Positions 27,191 to 41,099 of a stretch of DNA of 64,000 nt are shown here, one piece after another. The DNA lies in assembly GCF_036365525.1 (NCBI RefSeq), contig NC_090392.1, positions 72,370,345-72,434,344 of the forward strand, read 5' to 3'. The notes beneath the pieces were generated by a model. It ran no database searches. It had not been told where the DNA came from and saw only the letters and a program-made list of their open reading frames with translations. How positions within the stretch are numbered: the first letter of the stretch is position 1; the number at the start of each line of letters is the position of its first letter. The DNA comes from Heterodontus francisci (Eukaryota). Made by a program: the position numbers and the translations under genes.

Positions 27191-27701
27191 GTATAAGTGA
27201 TATAAGGGGGGTGTACACGAGGACTGATTTCCATATCACAAGGAGCAATAGGCAGTCTCTGATTTTCCATCCATTTAAATGAATGAGATTGTGGGCCCAC
27301 AGTTTCCTGACTAGGCTCCCTAAGGACACTGGGAAACCCGATCAGAAATCAGCCCTCAAGCCTGATCACAGTGTGCTCCATTACGCAAGTTCATTCAGAG
27401 TATTTAGCAACTGAAAAACCCCATTAAGTCCAATACGTCCACCCCTTTTCCATACCCAACCTTTTTGCCTCATCTCTCCGCCACTTCTCTCCCAGAAGAA
27501 AATAACCACCTCTTGTACATTTCAATCATTTTCACTGGTAGCATAAACGCTTTTTAAGTGAAAAAGCTCCAGCTGAGTTCCCTCTTATTTCTCGTTTTAA
27601 CATTGCACCCCATAGTGTTTAGCTCCTTCATAAGGAACAAATTTGCCAGTTACAAGTTTGTCAATTTCCCCTCCTAATCATGCAAATTTTAATGTGGTCG
27701 T

Positions 27702-28866
27702 TGTTACGACCAGGTGAGAAAGGTGTCTTGGGGTCTTTTACTGTCTTCACCTGGTCTTATTGTAACAGGATTTAATTTTAAACACACTGTGTTTTGAGTT
27801 CCCCCTTTGGTGGATCCTTGTCATCACTTTCCAATTATAAGGCAAAGAAATGAGCACACCAGGTTTTCTTAGGTTTAAAGAAGAAAAGTGAAATTTATTA
27901 AACTTACTTAAACTCTAATTCGGTTAAAGCCTACAGATATACGACCTGCACACGTGATGCATACACATGCAAATAGGGACAGAAAAGAGCAGAAGAAAAA
28001 TAAAGTAGAAAAATAAAGAGCGGCGCAGTGGCACTGTGGTTAGCCCCGCAGCCTCACAGCTCCAGCGACCCGGGTTCGATTCTGGGTTCTGCCTGTGTGG
28101 AGTTTGCAAGTTCTCCCTGTGACTGCGTGGGTTTCCGTCGGGAGCTCCGGAGGCTTGCAGGTTGATAGGTAAATTGGCCATTATAAATTTCCCCTAGTGT
28201 AGGTCGGTGGTAGGAGAATTGTGGGGATGCGGTAGGAATATGGGATCAATGTAGGATTAGTATAAATGGATGGTTGATGGTCGGCACAGACTCGGTGGGC
28301 CGAAGGGCCTGTTTCAGTGCTGTATCTCTAAATAAAAAATAAATAGAGAGATGCGAGGCAGTCTCTGAAGAGGATTTCTTGTTCCTGTTTGTCTGTTTCC
28401 AGCTCGCTGTAGATTGTAGACAGCTCTTATTTTTCATTGGGGCCCAGTATTCTTCTTAAACCTTGTTCACGTAGGAGACTTTTCTCTCTTTGAGTTCACG
28501 TGTCTTCAATGGGTCTTCTGTTCGGTGAGAAAGAGATGGGAGCAGACAGGAGAGAGGTTTTCTCAGTCCAGGAGCAAACAGCTTCCTGCATTTCTTTCTC
28601 TCAGCAAGTTCAAATTCAAAAAACTTCAACAGTCAATTAGTCATGTGATTAAAACTGGTCTGACCTCCTCTTCTGTGTATTGGGGAAGCAAGGACTGGGT
28701 CCCTTGTTCCAACACTGTCTGCTAGCATGCAAATGTCTTTCCAGTCAGGGGCTTGGCAATTCCTTGTGATAGGCCCTCTTTTCTTCCCAGCCATAATTTT
28801 AAGTTTTAATGTTCATGTGGTGAAATAATGTGTGCCTCCATCTTGGCAGGTGGGGCCTGCATGACA
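27702..28866. mobile_element. Solo LTR (TG...CA) of a Gypsy-like element with an internal SINE insertion
   Basis: Begins TGTTACG, ends CATGACA; no internal ORFs; absent from copy B. Confidence 0.6.
28018..28335 (+). mobile_element. HE1-type tRNA-derived V-SINE
   Basis: tRNA-like head (TGGTTAGC...GGTTCGATTC), V-domain TGTGTGGAGTTTGCAAGTTCTCCC, tail GTGCTGTATCTCTAAA. Confidence 0.85.
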
Positions 28867-29067
28867 TTGCCTTAAAATCAAGGATAGAAGTGCAGCTAAC
28901 TCTGCTCAGAGTAACTCTCTAACAATCAGCATTATCTTTGTTGCTCACTTCACTGACCTCCAAAGAACAATAATATTCTCCCAGCCTCTCCTTATAGGTT
29001 TTCTCAGATATAAACATCAGTAGATTATTATTCTGCATTCTCTGCTATTTTGCTGGTTGTAAACTGT

Positions 29068-31008
29068 GGCTGAGAAATTTGGCTCCGTAGTGTTGGAGGT
29101 TTCCCAGCTGGCCAGATCGGAACACCAAACAGCTGATCCCACTGAACTGACACGTGAATTCTAAACTTAGACTGTGCAGGTCCACAGAACGCATTCTGTC
29201 AGTCACTAAAGACCAGCTATAAGAGGGAGCCCCACTGGCGTCATTTAAAGAGCCAACTATTCAACTTGCAAGAAAGCTGATTTAGACTGAGTTCTGTGAT
29301 TGTAAGCTTTGTGGAAGTACTTTGGAATGTTTTTGGGAGCATTGTGATGAGTTCCTGCATCCTCACAGGGAGGGCAGAGGATGTAGTGAACTGTCCACAC
29401 AAAGGCTCCGACGGATATGGGGACCGCAGTGGCAGTGCTGCTGGGTCTGCAACATGACAGGAAAATGAAGCAGAGGCTGTGGAGAGAGGAAGCTCCACGT
29501 GATGTCCTCAGCTAAGTTGGAGTCGGACTGCTCCAAGCTCCTTGGCAGTGACATAAAGTTGTCTGGCAGGCCTGCCAATGCACCCAACATCTCGTCGTGC
29601 GTCCTGATCAGTGCTCTCCTGTTTGGCACCCATTGAAATCACCAGCTGAATCCCCTGTAGCAGAACTTGTGTGTGACCTTGCCTCTGGTGAGCTGGCACA
29701 TGAACTATCCTTTCCCCCTCGTATGGTTGCAGTACACTCGTGCCCAGTGACTCACTATATGCAGGTCCTGACTAACGTTCACGCTGTGCCAATGGCTGAG
29801 CTGGTGGTTGCGAGTGTCTGATCAATGGTGGGCCTCTTCATCAGTGGTGTGGGGGTTGCTGTGGCTGGGCAGGTGGCAGTTCTTGGGTGAATGAAAGCAA
29901 GAACTCAAATGGCCTCTTTCTGTGCCTTAAACTTTCTATGATTCTAAATGGGGTGAGGGAAGTGGGGTGGGTAGAAAGCAAGAGAATCGATGGTCACACC
30001 ATCTGTGGCTTGTCATCATGCCAGATAGCGGGATGAGGGTGAGTTGAGAAGGGGTATAAGGCAGAAACATACCGTCATCCTCAATGCTCTCAGTGATTCA
30101 GTGATACCACTTACCATGGGCTGTGCAACTAATGATGCAGAGCACCCTGTCCTTCATAGGACTCGGGAGATGCAGGCGTCCTTGTCCCCGACTGGCAGTT
30201 ATGGGCCACCTTGTCCTGCAAGAGAGAGAGAAGAATATCAGTGATTGCGTTGCACTGTGTTTGGGTGATGTACCTGCCAAAGCTGAATGTATTTAGAAGC
30301 AGTGGGAGCTGGGTATGAGGCTGGCATCATTGAAATGTGTGAGGGTGAGGTGGAATATCTGAATGTTAGGCCTGTGTCCTGAGTGCTAGAGGTTGCTGAT
30401 TGGTGAGTGATGGCGGTGTGATGCATTGAGCTGCATGAGCAGTTCACAGTCTGCTGGTAGGAGGTGTCCTTTGAAGATGCATTCACTAACCTTGACCACA
30501 CACATGAGCTCAGGGGACTTATTGCAGCACTGCTGCCAGGTCTTTGGGCCTAGACCCAGCAGTGACCTCCATGGCCACCTGCTCTATTTCCTTCTGAGGG
30601 TTTTCCCTGAGGGACTGCGGCTGCCTTGCAGAAACATCACCTCTCGACCTCCGCCACTAAGACTTGAACCAAGGAGCAGTCTCTTTTTTTCTGGTGCTCC
30701 ATTTGTGTAGCTCCTGCTTGCAGCCAGTGTCAGTGCAGGCAGTCAGCAGCAGCTCACAGTTGCCCTTTAAGAGGGGCAGACTGCCCTTAAAAGGAGCAGG
30801 CTGGCTGCACCACCTGCTATTAGTGCACGCTGCTCAGCCTCCTGCTGAGCGCGTTGGCAGCCAGCCACCTGAGTCTCACTCAGACCAATCAGGTAAATGA
30901 GGAATCAGCACCAAGTTTGCGTGCTGCCTGCCTCAATGGGAATGGACTCAGGCGGGTCATGAATCGCAACCCGCTTGTCCAAAAACAGGTGGGGAACCAA
31001 TTTTAGCT
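29068..31008 (-). mobile_element. Harbinger-type element remnant with degraded Myb/SANT ORF; shorter paralogous copy ~49720-50970
   Basis: Minus-strand residues like EQVAMEI.ARS.APR..QQCRN resemble the Harbinger Myb/SANT DNA-binding protein. Confidence 0.6.
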
Positions 31009-31290
31009 CTGTGTCCTTTTATGTATTTGCATCACTCAAGGAGTGGGAAAAGCAGAGCAATGAATCGATAATAGCATTGAATAATCAGATGGTATTGCTG
31101 CATTTAAGGGGGGCTTGCTGCATATTTGAGGGAGAAGGGAATGAAGGTTATGGGGATGGGTGGGAGGCGTCTCATGTGGAGTATAAGTACTGGCAGAGAG
31201 TTCCGAATGACTTTTTTTAGTGCTGCAGATTCTATGTAAATCTATGTAAAATATGAAAACTTTGCTACATCCTTTTCTCCCCCTCCAAAG

Positions 31291-31789
31291 GGCAAACCTA
31301 TCAGGTGTGAATAAAGTTCTCAATGACGTTATCGAAAATTCAATGAATGATCTTGCCACATTGTCAAACCAACTCAAGTGGAATGGCGTCCCCATCACTA
31401 CTCATATTTTAAACAAGACCGAACTTTGGAATGAGAAGCTAAACTCTGCTGGCCAACAAATACAAGAAGCGGTTGGCAATGAAACGTCTGTCGCCATTCA
31501 CATGAAACTGATGCAGATCCAGAAAGAGATCAATCAGTACACTCAGAACCTGAGCCTCATAGCTGAACGTTTCAATCAGACATATGAAAGTGCCACTCAA
31601 CAATTGGAAGAATGGAACAAGAGAGCCTCTCCTTACACTGATGCAGTCCGTACAAAAATAACTGAACAGGTTCAAGAACTGAGGAACTATCTTACACCTG
31701 TGATTCATGAGAGCAAGGAGGCATTCAAAAAATTAGAAGACCTGGTAATGAAATCAAATGAAGCACCGGTGGACACAGATGCACCTTAA
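31291..31789 (+). CDS. Gene 2, last coding exon (amphipathic helical apolipoprotein-like domain)
   Basis: Pyrimidine tract + CCAAAG acceptor in frame with ORF 31253-31789; SPYTDAVRTKI and LTPVIHESKE apolipoprotein-type proline repeats; spliced CDS 696 nt. Confidence 0.9.
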
Positions 31790-34700
31790 GCGAATCCTTG
31801 ATGGGTTCCAACACCAATGAGGTTAATTAAGGATAGAGAATATAAATTAAACTTCAAACCAATCATAATGTAACCAGCCCCCATTCTGTATTGGTATTCA
31901 TAATTAATATAAACGTATTCCAGTTACTGTGGCATAAAATGGCATGAACTAAGTAGTTTTTAAAAAAAAATTAAAACCAAAATTTTTCAGTGAATGAATG
32001 GCCTCATTGACACTTCCTGGTGGCCCCCTGGATGTTTGTTTTACCTGTAATATCATAACACAGACAATCCATTCAGCCAATCTGATGATGTCATATTATT
32101 CCCCCAATCAAATTAAATCACAAAAACTATGAATCTGGAACCAATGACATATGAGTAGACTAATAACAAAATCTTAGTAACTAATAATATTAAAGCAGGA
32201 TCTTACCTGTCCTTGGATTTTGTCTGTAATTGGATGTTCAAGCAGCTCGGGCTTTTGAAGTGATGCAGCAGGCAGGGGAAACATAAGAACATCAGAAATA
32301 GGAGCAGGAGTAGACGATATGGCCCATCGAACCTGCTCTGCCATTCAATGCGATCATTGGCTTCAACTCCACTTTCTTGGCCACGCCCCATATCCCTTGA
32401 TTCCCTGAGAGACCAAAAATTTGTCTATCTCAGCTTTAAATAAACAATGGAGCATCCACAACCCTCTGGGGTAGAGAATCCAAAGATTCACAACCCTTTG
32501 AGTGAAGAAATTTCTCCTCATCGCAGTCCTCAATGATCGGCCTTTACCCTGAGACTGTGCCACCGTGTTGACTCATCAAACCCTTCTGTACAGAGATCAG
32601 AAAATATAGAGTACACTGGCTGCAAAGGCACAGAGGGGGAGTAGCTGAAATGCACCAGTAGTTATTGCCCCTTCTTACAGAGTGGGCAATATAAAGACAC
32701 AGTCAGACAGGCAAATGGCAGCTTACAGTAGTGTCCTCTCGAGCCTGAAAGATAAAGATAACTCACTGAATGATAAACGTTTGTCCGAAATTCCCATCAG
32801 ATGATAGAAATGAAAATATGTAACAACTTGAGATGCCGAGACTTTGGTAACTGCATTTATGTGTTAACATTAATAGGAATGTTGAATTCTTGCAATATCA
32901 TTAAATGTCACAAATTGATTTTGAATGTGCTCAATAGCTTATATACTGTATTCATTGTATTACACTAGAATAAAAAAAGAAAGGCTTATATTTGTATAGT
33001 GTCTTACATGACATCCCAAAGCTCTTGACAGCTAATTACATACTTCTTTCAAGTGTAGTTGCTGTTGTATTGTAAGAAATGCAGCAGCCAATTTGCACAC
33101 AGCAAGCTTCCACAAACAGCAATTTGATAATGAGCAGATAATCCGTTTTTGTGATGTTGATTTAGGGATAAATATTGCGCCAGGACACCAGGGATAACTA
33201 AAAACAAAATACTGCAGATGCTGGAAATCTGAAATAAAAACAGAAAGTGCTGGAAATGCACAGCAGGTCTGGCAGCATCTGTGGAGAGAGAAGCAGGTCT
33301 GTGACCTTTCATCAGAACTCTCTTCTTCGAAATAGTGCCCTTGGATCTTTAACATCCACCTGAGGGGGATGACAGGGCCTTGGTTTAATGTCTCATTGGA
33401 ACGATGGCACCTCTGACAGTGCAGCACTCCCTTAGTACTAAACTGGAGCGTCAGCCTTGATTGCAGAAGTTGAACCCAGAACCAACTGACTTAGGGGTGA
33501 GAGTGCATGGTTGACACACTTACATGCAAATCCTCCAAAATTCTGCTACCTGTATCCTAATTCACACCAATTCCCGTTCATCCCCCCCACCCCTCCCCCC
33601 CCCCCACCCCCCCCTCCACCCCACCGTGCTCACTGAGCTTCATTCGCTCCCCGTCAGGGAACATGCCAATTTTAAAATTCTCGGGCCGAATTTTACCCAT
33701 GAAGGCGGGAAAAAGTCGGGAATGTGTTCGGATGCTGAACCCACCTTTGGTGGGAAACTGATTAAAATCAACATTTTCACATGGGTGAGCCCTTAATTGG
33801 CTTGGAGATGGGTTCCCTGTCCAACTAAGGGCAGTGGGCAGGCTTCCAAAACTGGAGGGTGATTCAGAGGCCTTCCAGCTTCAGAGAAATACCCTGCTGC
33901 AGCACGAGGTAAATAACTGGGAGGGTGCTTCAACAAGGAGGTGCCTCTCAGCCACTTTCATAAAATCTTTAATAAAAAAAAAAATACAAAAAGCAGCCAG
34001 GCCACCACTGTGAAGGGGGCTTGGTGCTGGGGGTAGGAGGAGCCCCTCTACAGAGTGGGCTTTGGCTGTACACCCCTCTTAGCCAGGCAGGGAGGGCCTG
34101 TAGGTCTGCCAGGAGTGCTGGCACCCCAGCCTGCTGCTGGATGCCCACCTCGAGGCAGCTGAACTGCCCCCATCGCAGTGGGAAATTGGAGGCTGAGCGG
34201 AAAATCACAGTCGGCCTCCGTTACCGACCTTTAACAAAGCTCCTAGCAGCCCAATTCCCTGCCTGCCTTGGTGGGGCAGGTGGCCTTCCCGGACCTTGAA
34301 ACCACGTCGGCCAAAATGACCGATGTTGGGAATGGGCTTGGGAAGCCAGCACACTGACCAGCCTTGTAATTGTCAGACCCCGTCTGCCTCTATTACCAGC
34401 GTCAGATGGGCCTGAAAATTCAACCCCTCTTTGTTTTCACATCCCTCCATGGCCTCACACCTTCCTAACACTGCAACCTTCTGCCCGACAACCTTCCACG
34501 ATCCCTGCGCTTCTCCAATTTTGGCCTCTGGAGCATTGGTAATTTAAATCACTCCACCATTGGCGGCTGTGCCTTCAACTGCCTGGGCACTAAGCTCTGG
34601 AATTCCCTCCCTAAACCTCTTTGTCTCTTTCTCTCCCCTTTTTAAGATGCCACTTAAAACCAAGCTCTTTGGCCAAGCTTTTGGTCATCTGTCCACATGT

Positions 34701-35029
34701 TCTTATGTGGCTTGGTGTTCAATTCTGTCTAACAATGCTTCTAAAAGCACCTTGTGATGTTTTACTACATTGAAGGCACTATATAAATGCAAGTTGTTGT
34801 TGTGTGGATATTGAACAGAATGGTATCGGGTTTATCTGTGATGCTCTCCATGACCAGATAGACTGTGGTGTGTCTGCCCATATTGATGTTGGAAGTCATT
34901 TGGGTGATATACTGATTGCCTGTTTGTGCATGTAACTTTATCCTACTCCAACCAAATCCAATCTCAACATTCTTCTCAGGCACCACATTGAGGTCAGGAA
35001 AACTCCTATGATGGGTTTAATTCATGATT

Positions 35030-35343
35030 CCAAGCACAGTTCTGTTTACAACAACTTTACAGCCTGACATTTAAAATTAACGACAGTCATAACTGACGTT
35101 TCCATTGAATTATATTGCATTTAGTGCACAACATCAGCTGTTAACATTGTTTCCACACAGAAACACTAAAAGGTTAAAAGCGTTCATCCTTCAACCTAAT
35201 AAAAACAACAAAAAGAACAAAATCTGTAGTTTACTGTTCTTTGCCTCATCAGATGGAATAGATAAGAGCAGGTTAATAAATTTCAGAGTTTGGAGGTTGG
35301 GAAGTCAGTCACAACAAAAAGCAAGAGGATTAAACTCAGGCAG
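35030..35343 (+). promoter_or_regulatory. Orphan duplicate of the gene 4 promoter and non-coding exon 1 at the end of copy A
   Basis: Matches 54480-54810, including the CAG|GTAAGA donor; homology to gene 4 intron 1 stops at 35413. Confidence 0.7.
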
Positions 35344-36709
35344 GTAAGAAATGTATCAGGATTAATCAACAGTAAGGAAAATAGTTAAAAAGCAGCAGTT
35401 TTCTTTGGTGGTGTACCTCACCTCCTCACTCTTCTCCTATAGTCAATAGTATTAAAAAACTGAAGCTTCAACAGCACCTTCCAAACCCGCGACCTTTAAC
35501 AGCTAGAAAAAAAAGGGAAGCAGGCACCTGGGGACACCACCAGCTACAAATTCCCCTGCAAGTTGCACACCATCCTAGCTTGGAACTATATCGCCGTTCT
35601 TTCATCGTCACTGGGTCAAAATCCTGAGAGCTCGCTCCCTATAATTCCACTGTGGGAGTACCTTCACCACACGGAGAGCAAAAGTTTAAGAAGGCAGCTC
35701 ACCACCACCTTCTCAAGGACACTAATGGATGGGTGGTAAAAGCTGACCTTGCCAGTGAAGCTCAAATTCCGTAAACGAGTAATAAAAACAAACCCAATCA
35801 CTGTTTTTTAAAGGATCCTCCTTTAGAAAAATGTTTTTACACAGCCAAATGCAAGCCAAAAATCTGTTTATTTTCCTTTATACCAGTAGCGGAAAAGCAT
35901 CTGTTTGGCACTAATTTGATTTCTTTCACACTTCACTCAAGACATTCTCATGCGAAGCAGTGCTGGCAAGACCCCGTGAAGAACTGCAGGACTGCCAAGC
36001 TCACGGAGTATGACAGGAGAAGAGGAAGATGAAGTGACATCTTCTCAGGATTTTCATATATTCTCCCATTCCAACTCAAAGATTTGATGATGTGAAAGAG
36101 AGTAAGCAATTCTTGGCAACTACTATCTTGTCAGACATGTGTACAAGCTTCCAGCACAATTGACTCTCTCACTCAAAGATCACATAAACTGGCCAGAAGC
36201 CACTTGAACATTCATCGTGTGACATCCCTTCCGGTTGAGAAATGCAGTAGAATTAATGTGTGGAGCCCTGATGGTCATATGGGTTCCATGTCTTAACTCT
36301 TGGAAGCCTGACAGCTGGTGAAAGCTCCGTGTTGTCGCCGGTTGGTGTCTCCTTACCGCAGGGGAAGTGGTAACAGTGGTTCTGGCAAACATGGTGCCAG
36401 CCACTTCCTTTATGATTGCAGATGGCTTATCTGACTGATTCTGTTGGGTTGGCTGAGAAGGAAATGTGTTGCATTGGGGTTTAAGGCCATTGGGATCCTC
36501 ACCCTCATCGAAAGAACCATCTCAGCCCTTGGAAGTATTTGCAGGTTAGCACACAGCAAGTGGCATAGCTCATTCACTGCCCCTTCCATGAACTGGGGGT
36601 GACAAATAAAAGGTTCCTCTGATATACCCAGGTAGAAGTGACGTGATCTGCCAATGTAAGTCCTTGGGTATTGATAGGAGCACACTTCTTGCGTGAGGTG
36701 ACATTAAGT

Positions 36710-39700
36710 GACTTCCCGGCAATGTGGAAAATTGCCCAGGTATGTCCTGTACACAAAAGGCAGGACAAATCCAACCCGGCCATTACTGCCCCATCAGTCT
36801 ACTCTCAATCATCAGTCAAGTGAGGGAAGTTGTCATCGACAGTGCCATCAAGCGGCACTTGCTTAGCAATAACCTGCTCAGTGGCACTCAGTTTGGGTTC
36901 CGCTAGGGCCACTCAGCTCCTGATCTCATTACAGCCTTGGTTTGAACATGGACAAAAGAGCTGAACTCCAGAGGTGAGGTGAGAGCGACTGCCCTTGATA
37001 TCAAAGCAGCATTTGACCAAGTCTGGCATCAAGGAGCCCGAGCAAAACTGGAGTCAATGGGAATCAAGGGGAAACTCTCCACTGGTTAGAGTTGTACCTA
37101 ATACAAAGGAAGATGGCTGTGGTTGTTGGAGGTCAATCATCTCAGCTCCAGGACATCACTGCAGGAGTTCCTCAGGGTAATGTCCTAGGCCCAACCATCT
37201 TCAGCTGCTTCATCAATGACCTTCCTTTAATCATAAGGTCAGAAGTGGGGATGTTTGCTGATGATTGCACAATGTTCAGCACCATTCGCGACTCCTCAGA
37301 TACTGAAGCAATCCGTGTAGAAATGCAGCAAGACCTGGACAATATCCAGGCTTGGGCTGATAAGTGGCAAGTAACATTCACGCCACACAAGTGCCAGGCA
37401 GTGATCATCTCCAACAAGAGAGAATCTCACATTCACCCCTTGACATTCAATGGCATTACCATCGCTGAATCCCATACTATCAACATCTTGAGGGTTACCA
37501 TTGAGCAGAAACTGAACTGGAGTAACCATATAAATACTAATGTCCTTTGGGGAAGGAAATCTGCTGTCCTTACCTGGTCTGGCCTACATGTGACTCCAGA
37601 CCCACAGCAATGCAGTTGACTCTGAAATGCCCTCTGAAATGGCTTAGCAAAGCCACTCAGTTGTATCTAACTGCTACAAAGTCAATAATAAAGAATGAAA
37701 CCAGATGGACCACCCGGCATCGTCCTAGGCACCGGAAACGGCAACGGCAAACCGAGCCCTGTCGACCCTGCAACATCCTCCTTACTAACGTCTGGGGGCT
37801 TGTGCCAAAGTGAGGAGAGCTGTCCCACAGACTAGTCAAGCAACAGCCTGACATAATCATGCTCACGGAATCATACCTGACAGACAATGTCCCAGACACT
37901 GCTCCACCCCACCGGCAGGACAGACCCACCAGAGGTGACGGCACAGTGGTATACAGTTGTGAAAGAGTTGCCCTGGGAGTCCTCAACATCGACTCCACAT
38001 CCTATGATGTCTCATGGCATCAGGTCAAACATAGACAAAGAAACTTCCTAATGATTAGCACCTACCACCCTCCCTCAGCTGATGAATCAGTACTCCTCCA
38101 TGTTGAACAGCACTTGAAGGAAGCACTGAGGGTGGCAAGGGCACAGAATGTACTCTGGGTGGGGGACTTCAATGTCCATCACCAAGAGTGGCTCGGTAGC
38201 ACCACTACTGACCGAGCTGACTGAGTACTAAAGGACATAGCTGCTGAACTGGGTTTGCGGCAGGTGGTGATGGAACCAACAAGAGGTAAAAACATACTTG
38301 ACCTCGTCATCACCAATCTGTCTGCTGCAGATGTATTGGTAAGAGTGACCACTGCACAGTCCTTGTGGAGACAAAGTCATGCCTTCACATTAAGGATACC
38401 CTCCATCGTGTTGTGTGGTACTACCACTGTGCTAAATGGGATAGATTTCAAACAGATCTAGCAATGCAAAACTGGACAGCCATGAGGCACTGTGGGCCAT
38501 CAGCAGCAGTAGAATTGTACTCAACCACAATCTGTAACCTCATGGCCCGGCATATCCCCCACTCTACCATTACCATGAAGCCAGGAGACCAACCCTGGTT
38601 CAATGAAGAGTGTAAGAGGGCATGCCAGGAGCAGCACCAGGCATGCCTCAAAATGAGGTGTCAACCTGGTGAAACTACAACACAAGACTATCTGCGTGCC
38701 AAACTGCATAAGCAGCATGCGATAGATAGAGCTAAGTGATCCCATAACCAACGGATCAGATCTAAGCTCTGCAATCCTGCCACATCCAGCCGTGAATGGT
38801 GGTGGACAATTAAACAACTAACTGGAGGAGATGGCTCCACAAATATCCCCATCTTCAATGATGGGGGAGCCCAGCGCATGAGTGTGAAAGATAAGGCTGA
38901 AGCACTTTGCCGAGTTGATGATCCATCTTGGCCTCTTCCTGAAGTTCCCAGTATCGCAGATGCCAGACTTCGGCCAATTCGATTCACGCCGCGTGATATC
39001 AAGAAATGACTGAAGGCACTGGATACTGCAAAGGCTATGGACCCTGACAATATTCCAGCAATAGTACTGAAGACCAGTGCTCCAGAACTTGCTGCGCCCC
39101 TAGCTATCCTGTTCCAGTACAGCTACAACACTGGCATCTACCCGGCACTGTGGAAAATTGCCCAGGTATGTCCAGTACACAAAAAAGCAGGATAAGTCCA
39201 ACCTGGCCAATTACTGCCCCATTAGTCTACTCTCAATCATCAGTAAAGTGATGGAAGGTGTCATCAACAGTGCCATCAAGCGGCACTTGCTTAGCAATAA
39301 CCTGCTCAGCGATGCTCAGTTTGGGTTCTGCCAGGGCCACTCAGCTCCTGACCTCATTACAGCTTTAGTTCAAACATGGACAAAAGAGCTTAACTCCAGA
39401 GGTGAGGTGAGAGTGACTGCCCTAGACATAAAGGCAGTGTTTGACCGAGTATGGCATCAAAGAGCCCTAGCAAAACTGAAGTCAATGGGCATTGGGGGAA
39501 AACTCTTCACTGGTTGGCATCATATCTAGCACAAAGGAAGATGGTTGTGGTTGTTGGAGGTCAATCATCTCAGCTCCAGGACATCACTGCAGGAGTTCCT
39601 CAGGGTAGTGTCCGAGGCCCAACCATCTTCAGCTGCTTCATCAATGACCTTTCTTCAATCATAAGGTCAGAAGTGGGGATGTTCGCTGATGATTGCACAA

Positions 39701-40568
39701 TGTTCAGCACTATTAGCGACTCCTCAGATACTGAAGCAGTCCGTGTAGAAATGCAGCAAGACTTGGACAATATCCAGGCTTGGGCTGATAAGAGGCAAGT
39801 AACATATGCGCCACACAAGTGCCAGGCAATGACCATCTCCAACAAGAGAGAATCTAACTATCTCCCCTTGACATTCAATGGCATTACCATTGCTGAATCC
39901 CCCACTGTCAACATCCTAGGGGCTACCATTGACCAGAAACTGAACTGGAGTAGCCATATAAATACCGTGGCTACAAGAGCAGGTCAGAGGCTAGGAATCC
40001 TGAGGCGAGTAACTCACCTCCTGACTCCCCAAAGATTATCTTTAGGCACAAGTCACGAGTGTGATGGAATACTCTCCACTTGCCTGGATGGGTGCAGCTC
40101 CAACAACACTCAAAAAGCTCGACACCATCCAGGACAAAGCAGCCGACTTGACTGGCGCCCCATCTACAAACATTCACTCCCTCCACCAGCGATGCACAGT
40201 GGCAGCAGTGTGTACCATCTACAAGATGCACTGCAGCAACACACCAAGGCTCCTTAGACAGCACCTTCCGAACCCGCAACCACTACCACCTCGAAGGGCA
40301 GCAGATGCATGGGAACACCAGCACCTGCAAGTTTCCCTCCAAGCCACACACCATCCTGACCTGGAACTATATCTATCGCCGTTCCTTCACTGTCGCTGGG
40401 TCAAAATCCTGGAACTCCCTTCCTAACAGCACTGTGGGTCTACCCACCCCACATGGACTGCAGCGGTTCAAGAAGGCAGCTCACCACCACCTCCTCAAGG
40501 GCAATTAGGGATGGGCAATAAATGCTGTCCTAGCAGCAACGCCCACATACCAGGAACAAATAAAAAAA
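36710..40568 (+). mobile_element. CR1/L2-type LINE: RT fragment (36710-37540) followed by a near-complete decayed ORF2 copy (37540-40568)
   Basis: LTESYL, VGDFNVHHQEWLG, GVPQGSV.GP, MFADD motifs; 3' end with AATAAA and A-tail; absent at the equivalent copy A site (~14530). Confidence 0.9.
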
Positions 40569-41099
40569 ATGTTTGAGTTCTCTTGTGAAATTGTCAAACT
40601 GACCATATTCATACAACCCAATGTCAACAGTCACAGAGTTCCACCCTCCCAACTCTGATAGCGTCCAATTGTAACACAGAACAATTGTCAAGGTTGCATG
40701 ATATTCTTACCCCTTGTACTAAAAACTGAACCAAAACCCAGAAAGGCACAGGAAAAGTATTTTGCAAGATGTTAAGTGAAATAGGTAATAGGTAAGTGCT
40801 CACTGCCAAAGTAAAGACAGTTCACCAATTCAAACAACAGCAACTGTGCTTTATAGATTGAGCAAAATCAGATTAGTTCCATTGTGCTGTTATGAACTCA
40901 TTTAAATGGGTGACAGATATGTTGGGGATGTCCCAGTAATCATGAAATCGAGTATCAATTTCACCTGAATAACTGTTGTAGTTACACTAGAAGATCTGCT
41001 TCCTTTAGTCCCCAGAAATTGCAGAATTTGATACGTTACGAATTGGCTTGGCTTTGTCTCCAGTGGGGAGCCTTGTAAAATTGGGAACTGATGGATGTA

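Larger units (their letters stand above)
13501..35413 (+). repeat. Tandem segmental duplication, copy A (contains gene 2)
   Basis: 13501 CCTCACCTCCTCACTCTT recurs at 35416; colinear with 35416-54883 apart from copy-specific TE insertions and deletions. Confidence 0.9.

Noticed and set aside
28018-28095. tRNA gene
   Set aside because: It is the tRNA-derived head of an HE1-type SINE, contiguous with the V-domain
31253-31290. N-terminal extensions of ORFs 31253 and 51087 as real starts
   Set aside because: They are intronic polypyrimidine tracts; the real exons start at 31291 and 51254 in phase with upstream exons
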